Source of the DNA: a virus
Taxonomy: Duplodnaviria; Caudoviricetes
Direction: 5' to 3' (one strand)
Virus record (IMG/VR): IMGVR_UViG_2930438282_000003
Location: 46,358-110,357 of that record
Length of the DNA: 64,000 bases
The notes beneath the pieces are model-generated. The model did no database searches. It saw only the letters and a program-made list of their open reading frames with translations, and was not told the origin of the DNA. Below are positions 49,820-59,218 of the stretch, piece by piece. Position 1 is the first letter of the stretch, and every line of letters starts with the position of its first letter. Made by a program: the position numbers and the translations under genes.

Positions 49820-50989
49820 TCAGGAGGGCCGTCCGTTGTAGGGCGGTGTCCAGCGTTGCGACGTTCCTCCGGTGCAGGTGTGGAGGGCGGCCGTGACCCC
49901 GACGGCCAGGGAGCCCTTGTCCGTGTCCAGGCAGCGACCCGACGCGGTGTGCACGAGGTGCCGTCCCGGGCCGGTCGTCCAGCGCTGAGCGCTGTTTTCA
50001 GAGCTACAGGCGGCCAACACGACCGTCGCCGCGGCGGGCTGGAGGCAGCGGTCTCCCGTCCGCAGCGAGCCGTCGTTCGTCACCGTCCAAGTCGTCCGGC
50101 CGCCGCTGCCGCCGCAGGAGCCCGTGACCGCCCTGTTGCCGTCTGCCCGCAGGCAGATGCCCGGGGCGCCGGAGCGTAGGGCCCCGGCCGGCAGGCCTCT
50201 GCGGGCCCGGAAAGCGAAGGAGAAAGTGCGCAGGCCGTCGCCGCCGCTCCAGATCTCGAAGCCGGCCGCGACCTTGCAGAGGTAGGACGAGGTGGGGACG
50301 TATCGACGCTGAAGGGCGTCCGCGGTGAACAGGCGCAGGTCGAGGGCGTGGACCGTGCGGGTGGGGTTCGCGCGGACATAGCTGATCACGGTGTGGGAGC
50401 CCGTCTTTGCTGCCTGGTACACCTCGTATGCCGCGTCCCCGAGGGTCACGGTGCCGGGCACACGGTTGCCCGCCGGCGCGATGTTGTCGGTGGCGTCCAG
50501 CCAGATCATCAGCTCGGCGCTATGGGCGGGGGAGCAGTCGGTTTGGCTCGGCCCGTACCAGAGGTCGTACGCCATGTTGTACGAGCCCTTGGCAGCGGGC
50601 CAGGCTGACCAGTCGCTGGTCGCGTCACCCAGGGCCGCGACTGGGACGGGCAGTCCTCCCGTACCGGGGACCGTTGCGATATTGGGGTAGGCGCGCGGGG
50701 CCCGCGGGTCTTTGGCGGCCAAGCCCCGCACCTCGGAGACGGTGAAGCGAGTGCCGCCGGGGGTGTCGAGGCAGAGGGTGCCGTCAGTGGCGTTCCAGCG
50801 GTTGGGTTCGATGCTGTACCGGTCTGCCTCCACCAGGCGTTGGGGGTACGGCTTCTCGGCGGATGTGCAGAGCGCGGAACTCGTCGTGGCCTTCGCGTCG
50901 GGGGCGGTCCTGGGGACCGAAGGGCCTGAGCAGGCCGCTAGCAAGGCGAGGGCTGTCCAGCACGCCGCAATGCGGAACCGGGCGTTCAT
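49820..50989 (-). CDS. Lipoprotein GH12 endoglucanase with C-terminal ricin-B lectin
   Basis: LLAAC lipobox. YNMAYDLW, AELMIWL and AGFEIW. QRW ricin repeats. Confidence 0.85.
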   Translation of the reverse strand: MNARFRIAACWTALALLAACSGPSVPRTAPDAKATTSSALCTSAEKPYPQRLVEADRYSIEPNRWNATDGTLCLDTPGGTRFTVSEVRGLAAKDPRAPRAYPNIATVPGTGGLPVPVAALGDATSDWSAWPAAKGSYNMAYDLWYGPSQTDCSPAHSAELMIWLDATDNIAPAGNRVPGTVTLGDAAYEVYQAAKTGSHTVISYVRANPTRTVHALDLRLFTADALQRRYVPTSSYLCKVAAGFEIWSGGDGLRTFSFAFRARRGLPAGALRSGAPGICLRADGNRAVTGSCGGSGGRTTWTVTNDGSLRTGDRCLQPAAATVVLAACSSENSAQRWTTGPGRHLVHTASGRCLDTDKGSLAVGVTAALHTCTGGTSQRWTPPYNGRPS

Positions 50990-51170
50990 TGAGAGGTAAA
51001 TCACTCCTCGTAACCTGTCACGATCTTGTGTCCTACACGTTTCCGTGCCGGATAGATGGCGATTTGCCCAAATCTTCTCGCAAGCCCTCACGAAAGACCG
51101 AAAAAAATCCGTACTATCTTCACTCGGTCGAAGGAAGTTTTAATCATCAACCGCCCGGGGGGGCACAGGA

Positions 51171-52784
51171 ATGACCGTCATGGACGGGCCCACGGTTGCG
51201 GACGGGGGCAGGGGGGCCGCCTCCCATCGCAGACTGAAGCGCGGGCAGCCCGCACGCAAGTGGAGGGGGCTGCTGCCGCAGCCGCCGGACAACGAGGAGA
51301 AGTTCTCCTACACAAGCCGCAACCTGTGGGTGCTCACCTGCTGCTCGATCATCAGCTTCTGCTGTCTGGTGGCCAGCCAGGTGGCCCTTGCCCAGTCATC
51401 CCCATGGCTCTGGGTCTACCTTCCGTTTCTGCTGTTCACGGTCGTGTACTACCTGGTCTCGCTCAAGGTGAACGGTTTCACCAAGAACTTCGACCTCGAG
51501 GCACACCGCGAGCTCGTGCGGAGCTGGCGGCCGCAGCGCTACCCGACCGTCGACGTGTTCCTGCCGGTGTGCGGCGAGCCGATCGAGGTGCTGCACAACA
51601 CCTGGACCCATGTGGCCCGGCTGCGTGACCGCTACCCCGGTGTGGTGACGCCGTACGTCCTCGACGACGCGGCCAACCCGCAACTCGCAGCGATGGCTGT
51701 GGACTTCGGCTTTGTGTACGGCACCCGCAGCAATCGGGGCTGGTTCAAGAAGGCTGGCAATCTGCACTTCGGGTTCCAGAATTCCGACGGCGATTACATC
51801 CTCATCCTGGATGCCGACTTCGCCCCCCGTGAGGACCTTCTGGAGGAACTCCTCCCGTACATGGAGAAGGACCCGGATGTCGGAATTGTGCAGAGTCCGC
51901 AATTCTTCCGGATTCTCGACTCTCAGAACTGGATCGAGCGCGGCGCGGGCGCGGTGCAGGAGCTCTTCTACCGCTCCGTCCAGGTCTCCCGGCAGAGCAA
52001 CGACGGCGCGATCTGTGTCGGCAGTTGCGCGATCTACCGGCGTGCCGCGTTGGAGACCAACGGCGGCACCACGCTGATCGAGCACTCCGAGGACGTCCAC
52101 ACCGGCTTCGACCTGCGGGGCCTGGGCTGGGACCTGCGCTATGTGCCGGTCGCGCTCTCCACCGGAGTCTGCCCGGACACCGCAGGTGCCTTCTTCAACC
52201 AGCAGTACCGCTGGTGCTCCGGGTCGATGTCCCTGCTAGGTAGCAAGAAGTTCTGGCAGGCCAACCTCCGACCGGAATCCCGTTTGTGCTATATGTCCGG
52301 GTTCTTCTACTACATCCACACGGCGCTGTTCACCCTCATCTCGCCTCTGATCCCGATCGTGCTGCTGTTGGCCCTGCCCCACATGTTGAAGATCGAGTAC
52401 ATGGGCCTGGTGCTGCCGAGCCTGATCTACACCACGCTGATCTTTCCGCTCTGGCACCGCAACCCGTACCGCCTGGAGGCCTGGGCGGCCCGGATGATGT
52501 ACGGCTGGGCGCACCTGTTCGCCATCTGGGACATCCTCCGCAAGAACCGCATGGGCTGGCAGCCGACCGGCTCCAGTGGCGCCAAGAAGAACAAGACCCG
52601 GCGCTTTTGGATCGGTATGACCGTCTGGGGCGGCGGCACGGCCGCCGTCTGGGTCGGCGCCGCGACCTGGCGCATGCTCACCATGAACCCCCTGGACTTC
52701 GCCCTAGTGCTGGCCTCCGGGCTCTTCTACGCCGTGGTCGTCGGCCGCGTTCTGGTGCAGCCCCGCAGCCGGGAAGGGGTGTGA
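51171..52784 (+). CDS. Processive GT2 glycan synthase (cellulose synthase-like)
   Basis: DVFLP..GEP, KAGNL, LDADF, QSPQ, SED and QQYRW motifs. TM helices. Confidence 0.9.
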   Translation: MTVMDGPTVADGGRGAASHRRLKRGQPARKWRGLLPQPPDNEEKFSYTSRNLWVLTCCSIISFCCLVASQVALAQSSPWLWVYLPFLLFTVVYYLVSLKVNGFTKNFDLEAHRELVRSWRPQRYPTVDVFLPVCGEPIEVLHNTWTHVARLRDRYPGVVTPYVLDDAANPQLAAMAVDFGFVYGTRSNRGWFKKAGNLHFGFQNSDGDYILILDADFAPREDLLEELLPYMEKDPDVGIVQSPQFFRILDSQNWIERGAGAVQELFYRSVQVSRQSNDGAICVGSCAIYRRAALETNGGTTLIEHSEDVHTGFDLRGLGWDLRYVPVALSTGVCPDTAGAFFNQQYRWCSGSMSLLGSKKFWQANLRPESRLCYMSGFFYYIHTALFTLISPLIPIVLLLALPHMLKIEYMGLVLPSLIYTTLIFPLWHRNPYRLEAWAARMMYGWAHLFAIWDILRKNRMGWQPTGSSGAKKNKTRRFWIGMTVWGGGTAAVWVGAATWRMLTMNPLDFALVLASGLFYAVVVGRVLVQPRSREGV

Positions 52785-53812
52785 TGCAGATGTCCGCCCA
52801 CCGTCCGAACGTGGTTTTGCGCCGCACCATGCCGCTCCTTGCCGTGCTTACCGCCGGCCTGATGCTGCTGACCGGCTGCAGTCTGACCGCTGGCTCCGGC
52901 AACTCTGCGGCCGAGCCCGGCATGACCTCCGGCGCCGACAAGGCGGAGCCGGTCACTCCGTACGACGTCACCCCGCTGATCAAGCCGAATGGCAAGTACA
53001 TCGGGGTCGCGCTGGAGGGCGTGCCCGAGTCGCTGAAAGCGGTCAGCCCGTACAAGGAGAAGATCGGCAAGCAGCCCAACGTCCTGGAGTTCTACTCGGC
53101 GTTCGGCGACGGCTTCGACACCAGCGGGGTCCGCCGCATCTACCAGACGGGAGCGCTCCCCTTCATCGCATGGGAACCTTTCAAGCCATCACTGAAGGCT
53201 ATCGCCGACGGTACACAGGACGCGTACATCAAGAAGTACGCGCGCGACCTCGTCCAACTCAATCTGCCCGTCGCCATCAGCTTCGGGCACGAGATGAATG
53301 GCGACTGGTACGCCTGGGGCCGCACCAAGGCCACCCCCGCCCAGTACGTGGCGGCTTGGCGGCACATACACGACCTGTTCCAGGACGCGGGCGCCACCAA
53401 CGTGATCTGGGTGTGGACGCCAAACGTCATCACCCCGATGCCGAACGTCGGTCTCAAGCAGTACTACCCCGGTGACGCGTACGTGGACTGGGCCGGGATG
53501 ATCGGCTACTACGCCCTCACCGGGCCACACACCTTCGACACCTTGTACGGCCCGACGATGGACCAGATCAGGACCTTCACCAAGAAGCCGATCTTCATCG
53601 CCGAGACGGCCGCCCAGGAGGGACAGCGCCGGCGGGCCGACGTCGACGACCTCTTCGACGGCGTCAAGGCTCACGACGATGTTCTCGGCTTCGTCTGGTT
53701 CAACATCCCCAAGCGTGCCGACTGGCGGATTGAGATCAGCCCGCTCGCTCTCGCGGAGTACCGCAAGCGTGCGACCGACCCAGGCTTCGGCTTCGACATC
53801 AGGAAGCAGTAG
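52784..53812 (+). CDS. GH26-family lipoprotein hydrolase
   Basis: LTGC lipobox. FGHEMNGDWY.W, YYPGDAYVDW and FIAET. Confidence 0.85.
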   Translation: MQMSAHRPNVVLRRTMPLLAVLTAGLMLLTGCSLTAGSGNSAAEPGMTSGADKAEPVTPYDVTPLIKPNGKYIGVALEGVPESLKAVSPYKEKIGKQPNVLEFYSAFGDGFDTSGVRRIYQTGALPFIAWEPFKPSLKAIADGTQDAYIKKYARDLVQLNLPVAISFGHEMNGDWYAWGRTKATPAQYVAAWRHIHDLFQDAGATNVIWVWTPNVITPMPNVGLKQYYPGDAYVDWAGMIGYYALTGPHTFDTLYGPTMDQIRTFTKKPIFIAETAAQEGQRRRADVDDLFDGVKAHDDVLGFVWFNIPKRADWRIEISPLALAEYRKRATDPGFGFDIRKQ

Positions 53813-55593
53813 TGAACGAGCAGACTGACTCCTGGTTCAGCCCGGCCAGCCCGCCGCCCCACTGGGACCCCGCGCAGGCCGACCCGAACCGCTACGCCGA
53901 CCCCTCGCTGCAGCAGGTCCAATACCAGCCGCCCGCCGACTTCCAGCACTACTACCAAGCCGCTCCGGACCAAACCCACGCACGCCCCCTGGCCACGGCA
54001 CCCGTGCCGACCGCCCCGCCTGCCGCAGTGCCTGGGACGGAGAGCGACCGGTACGAAGGCCAGTTCGGCAAGCCGTACAAAGAGGCATCGGCCTTTGAGA
54101 CGGCCCCGTACGAGATCCCCGAGACCCCCGAGACCGGCTGGTCCGCGGCCCCCAGCCGCCGACGCCGCTGGATCGGCCGCATCCTGCTGATCGGCGTGCT
54201 GGCCATGCAGGCACTGCTCTCCTTCGGCCTGAGCAGCGGCGCCAGTCCGGAGGAGGCCATCAACCTCGTCGTGGGCCGCCAGGAGTACGCCCACCTTGCA
54301 GACGGAACTGCCGTCACCACTGACCTCGTCGACCGCGTGCCGGGCTCGGCCTCGCTGTACCCGGTGCTGGCCGGTGCCGTCGACAAACTCGGTGGCCTTT
54401 CGGCGGTACGACTGCTCAGCCTGCTGTTCGCCCTGGCCGCGACGGCACTGCTGTACTCGCTGACACGCCGAATGTTCAACGAGCGCGTGGCCGCCTGCGC
54501 CGCCGCTGCGTACGCCGTCCTCCAGTCAACTATCGTCGTCGGTTACTACGCCTCGCCGGACGCACTCGCGCTCATGCTGGTCGCCCTTGCCGCGTGGATC
54601 GTCGTCTACACCGACCGGGCGAACGGGTTCGTCGTGCTGGTTGCGGCCCCGGTGGCCGCGCTCGCGGCTGCCGTGGACCATACCGCGGTGCTGGTCCTAC
54701 CCACGGTGTTGCTGCTGGCGGTGCACACGGCCTGGCCATACAAGGGCCCCGCCAAGGGTCTCTTGCGCGGCATCGTGCTCGGCGTCGGCATCGCCGCTCC
54801 GCTGCTGGTGACCGGTGCTTTCGGCGCGATCAAGGACAGCACGCTCACGCGCGGCCAGGGTGATGAGGGTGCCTGGGACATCCTGACCACCTCCGCACAG
54901 TGGAGCGGGCTGTTCCTGCTGCTTGCCTGCGGTGGAGCGGTTGCCTGGGTCAGGCGCGAACGGATGAACGAGGCCGTTGACATGGACAGCGTTCCTGGTT
55001 CGCCGCTGCGCCGTGCGGCGCTCGGCCTGACATTGTGCGCCACGGCTGCCCTGATCCCGCTGCTCCAGGCTCAGCTGCACACGTCGGAGGGCATGTTCCG
55101 GCATATCGCGTTCGGCCTGCTGCTTGCAGCCCCGCTCACCGGGCTCGGCATCACCCGCATGATCGGCGCCCATTTCCGGCACCCGCAACTGGGCATCCTT
55201 GCCTGGGTGTTGATGCTCGCACTGGGCATCTCCCAGTCGGGGCAGCGGTTCGAGAGCTGGCCCGACTCCAACAACCTGGCAGAGGTTCTGCGCCCCCACG
55301 TCAACGCGAGGGGCACCTACCTGTCGGAGGTGGAGGGCGTGCCTGAGTACTACCTGGGCTCGCGAACCAGCCCCGGCCAGTGGGTCTCCCTCGCTGACGG
55401 CCGCGTCGGTGACGTCACCAAGGGCCGCTACGGCGCGATCGTCCTCGACACCGTCACGTCCGGCGCACAGTCGGCCCGCGAGAAGGCCGTCACCCAGGCC
55501 GTTCGGATCGGCGGCCACTACCGCCTGATCGCGCAACTGCCCTACCGGGACAACGGCAAGCACCGCGTCTACCGGGTCTACGTCAAGCAGTAG
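53812..55593 (+). CDS. GT-C fold membrane protein, paralogue of 48037..49707 (degenerate catalytic loop)
   Basis: Multi-TM. LYPVL, RLLSL, WPDS and VPEYYL. ASPEEA in place of AFVDEG. Confidence 0.75.
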   Translation: MNEQTDSWFSPASPPPHWDPAQADPNRYADPSLQQVQYQPPADFQHYYQAAPDQTHARPLATAPVPTAPPAAVPGTESDRYEGQFGKPYKEASAFETAPYEIPETPETGWSAAPSRRRRWIGRILLIGVLAMQALLSFGLSSGASPEEAINLVVGRQEYAHLADGTAVTTDLVDRVPGSASLYPVLAGAVDKLGGLSAVRLLSLLFALAATALLYSLTRRMFNERVAACAAAAYAVLQSTIVVGYYASPDALALMLVALAAWIVVYTDRANGFVVLVAAPVAALAAAVDHTAVLVLPTVLLLAVHTAWPYKGPAKGLLRGIVLGVGIAAPLLVTGAFGAIKDSTLTRGQGDEGAWDILTTSAQWSGLFLLLACGGAVAWVRRERMNEAVDMDSVPGSPLRRAALGLTLCATAALIPLLQAQLHTSEGMFRHIAFGLLLAAPLTGLGITRMIGAHFRHPQLGILAWVLMLALGISQSGQRFESWPDSNNLAEVLRPHVNARGTYLSEVEGVPEYYLGSRTSPGQWVSLADGRVGDVTKGRYGAIVLDTVTSGAQSAREKAVTQAVRIGGHYRLIAQLPYRDNGKHRVYRVYVKQ

Positions 55594-55630
55594 ACCGTAG
55601 GGGTTCGTCTGCAAGGAGGTGCCGCACATC

Positions 55631-56947
55631 ATGCGGCTCACTGTCATCGGCACCGGCTATCTAGGTGCCACCCACGCCGCCTGTATGGCGGAGCTCGGCC
55701 ACGAAGTGCTCGGCGTCGATGTCGACCCCGACAAGGTGGCGGCGCTACGGGCAGGGCGTGTGCCCTTCCATGAGCCGGGTCTGCCCGAGCTGATCGCAAA
55801 GCACACTGCGACCGGACAGCTACGGTTCACGACCTCATACGAGGAGGCCGGTGCTTTCGGCGAGGTGCATTTCGTGTGTGTGGGCACTCCGCAGCTCAGG
55901 GACTCCATGGGCGCGGACCTTACGTACGTCGACACTGCCTTCGCGGCGATTGCGCGGCACGCCGAGCCCGACGCTCTACTGGTCGGCAAGTCCACCGTGC
56001 CAGTGGGGACGGCGGGGCGGCTAGCGGCCGCGTACGGCGATGTCGAGATCGCATGGAACCCTGAGTTCCTGCGCGAGGGATTCGCGGTCGACGACACACT
56101 GCGCCCGGACCGGTTGGTGTTCGGGGTTGAGTCCGACCGCGCCGAAACGATCCTTCGCAAAGTGTACGAACCTGTCCTCGCGTCCGGGACCCCGCTGGTG
56201 ACAGCCGACTTTCCGACCGCCGAGCTGGTCAAGACGGCCGCCAATGCCTTCCTCGCCACCAAAATCTCCTTCATCAATGCGATGGCGGAAGTGTGTGAGG
56301 CGGCAGGCGCCGACGTCTCAGTGCTAGCCCGCGCCATCGGCCATGACGAGCGGATTGGTGCGAAATTCCTGCGCGCCGGGATTGGCTTCGGCGGCGGCTG
56401 CCTACCCAAGGACATCCGCGCCTTCGCTGCACGTGCCGAGGAGCTGGGCACCGGCCGGTCGCTGACCTTCCTACGCGAGGTTGATGCCATCAACCTGCGA
56501 CGCCGTGAGCGGACCGTGGATCTGGCCCGCGAACTGTGTGCCGGCGATGTTCAAGGGAAGCGGGTCGCCGTGCTGGGCGCAGCTTTCAAGCCCGACTCGG
56601 ACGACATCCGCGACTCCCCGGCCCTGGACATCGCCTCTCGCCTCCACCTCCAAGGCGCGGAGGTCACCGTCTTCGACCCGCAGGCCATGGACAACGCCCG
56701 CAAGCACTACCCGACGTTGAGCTACGCACTCTCGGCCCCGGACGCGGTGCGGGGCGCCGACGTAGTGCTGCACCTGACCGAGTGGCCGCAGTTCGCGGCA
56801 CTAGACCCGGCCGCACTGATCGACCTCACCTACCGCCCCCGGATCATCGATGGCCGGGGCACGCTGGACGGCGCCCGTTGGGCCGCCGCCGGTTGGGACT
56901 TCCATGCCCTGGGCCGTCCGGCCCGGCCAAGACAGGAGAGACCGTGA
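55631..56947 (+). CDS. ugd: UDP-glucose 6-dehydrogenase
   Basis: GTGYLG, VGKSTVPVGT, WNPEFLREG, GFGGGCLPKD and FKPDSDDIRDSP. Confidence 0.92.
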   Translation: MRLTVIGTGYLGATHAACMAELGHEVLGVDVDPDKVAALRAGRVPFHEPGLPELIAKHTATGQLRFTTSYEEAGAFGEVHFVCVGTPQLRDSMGADLTYVDTAFAAIARHAEPDALLVGKSTVPVGTAGRLAAAYGDVEIAWNPEFLREGFAVDDTLRPDRLVFGVESDRAETILRKVYEPVLASGTPLVTADFPTAELVKTAANAFLATKISFINAMAEVCEAAGADVSVLARAIGHDERIGAKFLRAGIGFGGGCLPKDIRAFAARAEELGTGRSLTFLREVDAINLRRRERTVDLARELCAGDVQGKRVAVLGAAFKPDSDDIRDSPALDIASRLHLQGAEVTVFDPQAMDNARKHYPTLSYALSAPDAVRGADVVLHLTEWPQFAALDPAALIDLTYRPRIIDGRGTLDGARWAAAGWDFHALGRPARPRQERP

Positions 56948-57726
56948 ACGCCCTGGTACCGGACCACTTTCCCCCGTCCTGGGGAGAGGCGCCGCTGACG
57001 GTTGTCATGCCGACCTACAACGAGGTGGCGAACCTGCCGCGGATCACCGACCTCGTTCTGCGGCAACCGCTTCCCGGCCTGCATCTGAAGATCGTGGACG
57101 ATTCGAGCCCGGACGGCACAGGCGTGCTCGCCGAGCAGCTGGCCGAGAAGTACAACGACCTGGCCGGCTGGCGGCGGATGAGCGTGCTGCACAGGACCGC
57201 CAAAGATGGTCTGGGCCGGGCGTACACCGAGGGAATGCTGGCCGCGCTGGATGAGGGTGCCGAGTTCGTGGTCCAAATGGACGCCGACGGCAGCCACCCA
57301 GCCGATGTCATCCCCCAGATGCTGGGCACCGCGCTGTCCACCGGTGCCGGCTTCGTCGTGGGCAGTAGATATGTGGACGGCGGTTCCCTGGACGAGGAGT
57401 GGGGAAAGCACCGGCAACTGCTCTCCCGCTTCGCGAACCGCTACGCACGGACCGTTCTCGACACCAAGATTCGTGACATTACCGCTGGCTTCAACCTCTG
57501 GCGGGCAGAGACGTTGCGCGACGTCGACCTCAGAACGCTGGACAGCGCGGGCTACAGCTTCCAGGTGGAGCTGAAGTTTCTTGCGGCGCGGAATGGCCAC
57601 AACGGCGTGGAGATCCCGATCCGTTTCGAGGAGCGTACCGAGGGTGTATCCAAGATGAACCTCGCGACGCAAATCGAGTCGGCACTGGTGCCGTTGCGAC
57701 TGCGGCTGCGAAACCGACGGGGCTGA
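56944..57726 (+). CDS. Polyprenol-phosphate glycosyltransferase (Ppm1/GtrB-like GT2)
   Basis: MPTYNE, VDDSSPDGTG, QMDADGSH, GSRY and YSFQVE. Confidence 0.88.
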   Translation: MNALVPDHFPPSWGEAPLTVVMPTYNEVANLPRITDLVLRQPLPGLHLKIVDDSSPDGTGVLAEQLAEKYNDLAGWRRMSVLHRTAKDGLGRAYTEGMLAALDEGAEFVVQMDADGSHPADVIPQMLGTALSTGAGFVVGSRYVDGGSLDEEWGKHRQLLSRFANRYARTVLDTKIRDITAGFNLWRAETLRDVDLRTLDSAGYSFQVELKFLAARNGHNGVEIPIRFEERTEGVSKMNLATQIESALVPLRLRLRNRRG

Positions 57727-57734
57727 GCGGGACG

Positions 57735-58241
57735 GTGGGTGGACGTCATGCGCTTCCCACGCGGTCGGGGAAGCTGTCCCGTGAGATCGCAAAGTTCGGC
57801 CTGGTGGGGGCATCGGGGTTCGTGGTCAATCTGGGAGTCTTCAACCTCGTCAGAGCCGCCACCGACTGGCAGCCTGTCCGGGCGAGCGTCCTAGCGACGG
57901 CTGTCGCGATCATGACCAATTATCTCGGCCTGCGCTACTTCACCTACCGGCATCACACTCGGGATGACCGGGCCGACCGGAAGAAGGAGTTGGGGCTCTT
58001 CCTCTTCTTCAGTGCAGTCGGTCTGGTCATCGAGAACGGGATCCTCTATGTGATCACCTACGGATTTGGCTGGGACGGCACGCTTGCCAACAACGCTGGC
58101 AAGTTCATCGGCATCGGCATAGCGACTCTCTTCCGCTTCTGGTCCTACCGGACGTGGGTCTTTGCCGCATCTGCCTCCGCTACCCGGTTGCCGGAGCCAG
58201 CGCCTGTGCCTCTTCCCGGTGGAGGGTCTGGCGTAAGGTGA
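57735..58241 (+). CDS. GtrA-family flippase-like membrane protein
   Basis: KFGLVG...NY...FTY...FRFWSYRTWVF. Confidence 0.88.
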   Translation: MGGRHALPTRSGKLSREIAKFGLVGASGFVVNLGVFNLVRAATDWQPVRASVLATAVAIMTNYLGLRYFTYRHHTRDDRADRKKELGLFLFFSAVGLVIENGILYVITYGFGWDGTLANNAGKFIGIGIATLFRFWSYRTWVFAASASATRLPEPAPVPLPGGGSGVR

Positions 58242-58345
58242 ACTCGGTCAGATCGTCACTAACCTTGAAGACCGACGTGTTCGGCTATGGCCTCTTTCTA
58301 AGCAGGCGACTTGCACGTGTCAGTGGATATTTCCTTGTGTGATGC

Positions 58346-58810
58346 TCAGACCCCGATCACGATTTTCTCGATCACTCGGCCAAGCTCGCTGTCATCTACG
58401 TTTTTAGACAGGTGCACGGTCGCCTTGACGGTCGGAATCCTGAACTGGACGCCAGAAGCCGATGTGTCGACGAGGACAGCGTTCTCTCGAACTTCGAGCG
58501 ACAGTTGCTCCCAGGTGATTATCCCGGAGAATTCGAGAGCGAATCCTTTTTCACACTCCTCGGCGAGACCGGGGACCTCGACCAGTCGATGCGGATGCAC
58601 GGCCAGCCAGTGGCACGCCCAGTCGGGTTCATCACCGAAGGTGACTTCTACCAGCCCGAAGTCGAGCCTCAGATAGCGGTGTTTGCTGCCATGCAACTGC
58701 CGCACATGGGCTCCAAGACGTTCCTCAACGTCCTCTAGCAACGACCCGGCACCTACACCCAGGAATCTCCCGGTTACGAGGGCACGCGAGATATCTTCCC
58801 TACCGAACAT
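58346..58810 (-). CDS. Hypothetical protein, orphan immunity-like
   Basis: Lower GC. LRLDFGLVEVTF motif. Upstream decayed ORF on the same strand. Confidence 0.5.
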   Translation of the reverse strand: MFGREDISRALVTGRFLGVGAGSLLEDVEERLGAHVRQLHGSKHRYLRLDFGLVEVTFGDEPDWACHWLAVHPHRLVEVPGLAEECEKGFALEFSGIITWEQLSLEVRENAVLVDTSASGVQFRIPTVKATVHLSKNVDDSELGRVIEKIVIGV

Positions 58811-59154
58811 GCAATCACCCCAGCGCTTTCAGGGCCCGGATCCCGCCTTCTCGAGAGGGGTGTTCATGATTTCATCGCTTGGGTCGCCTTGGCGATGAAG
58901 TTGGCTCGCAGCGCAGGGCTGACCTTGATCGCCTCGATTGTGGCGCCGATTTCGGCCTGAGTGGTGAGACCCGCCGTCACGTTGCTGGCCTGACCCGCTT
59001 GACCTTCTTCTCTACCTTCAGCAGGAGAGTCGTCAGCATCGGATTGGTCAAGTCGTGTACGCGTCCCTCGCGTGACACGACTCGACACGCGGCGCGATCG
59101 CCCAACTCCCTCGCTGGCCAGCTCATGTAGTCAGCCGTGGACAGTGCGGAAAGC

Positions 59155-59193
59155 TAGACTCTCTCGAAGCCGCTGGTTCTGGGCCGGGCGAGA
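59155..59193 (+). promoter_or_regulatory. Late element 9: -10 TAGACT + gcc-GCTGGTTCTGGGCCG-ggc
   Basis: Core at 59172, upstream of the lysis genes. Confidence 0.8.
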
Positions 59194-59218
59194 CCTCTCA
59201 TGTTCGGGAGTGATCGCC

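Noticed and set aside
6352-59188. Repeated motif as a CRISPR array or IS end
   Set aside because: Copies are kilobases apart with no spacers and no cas genes. All are in one orientation and are not paired around a transposase.
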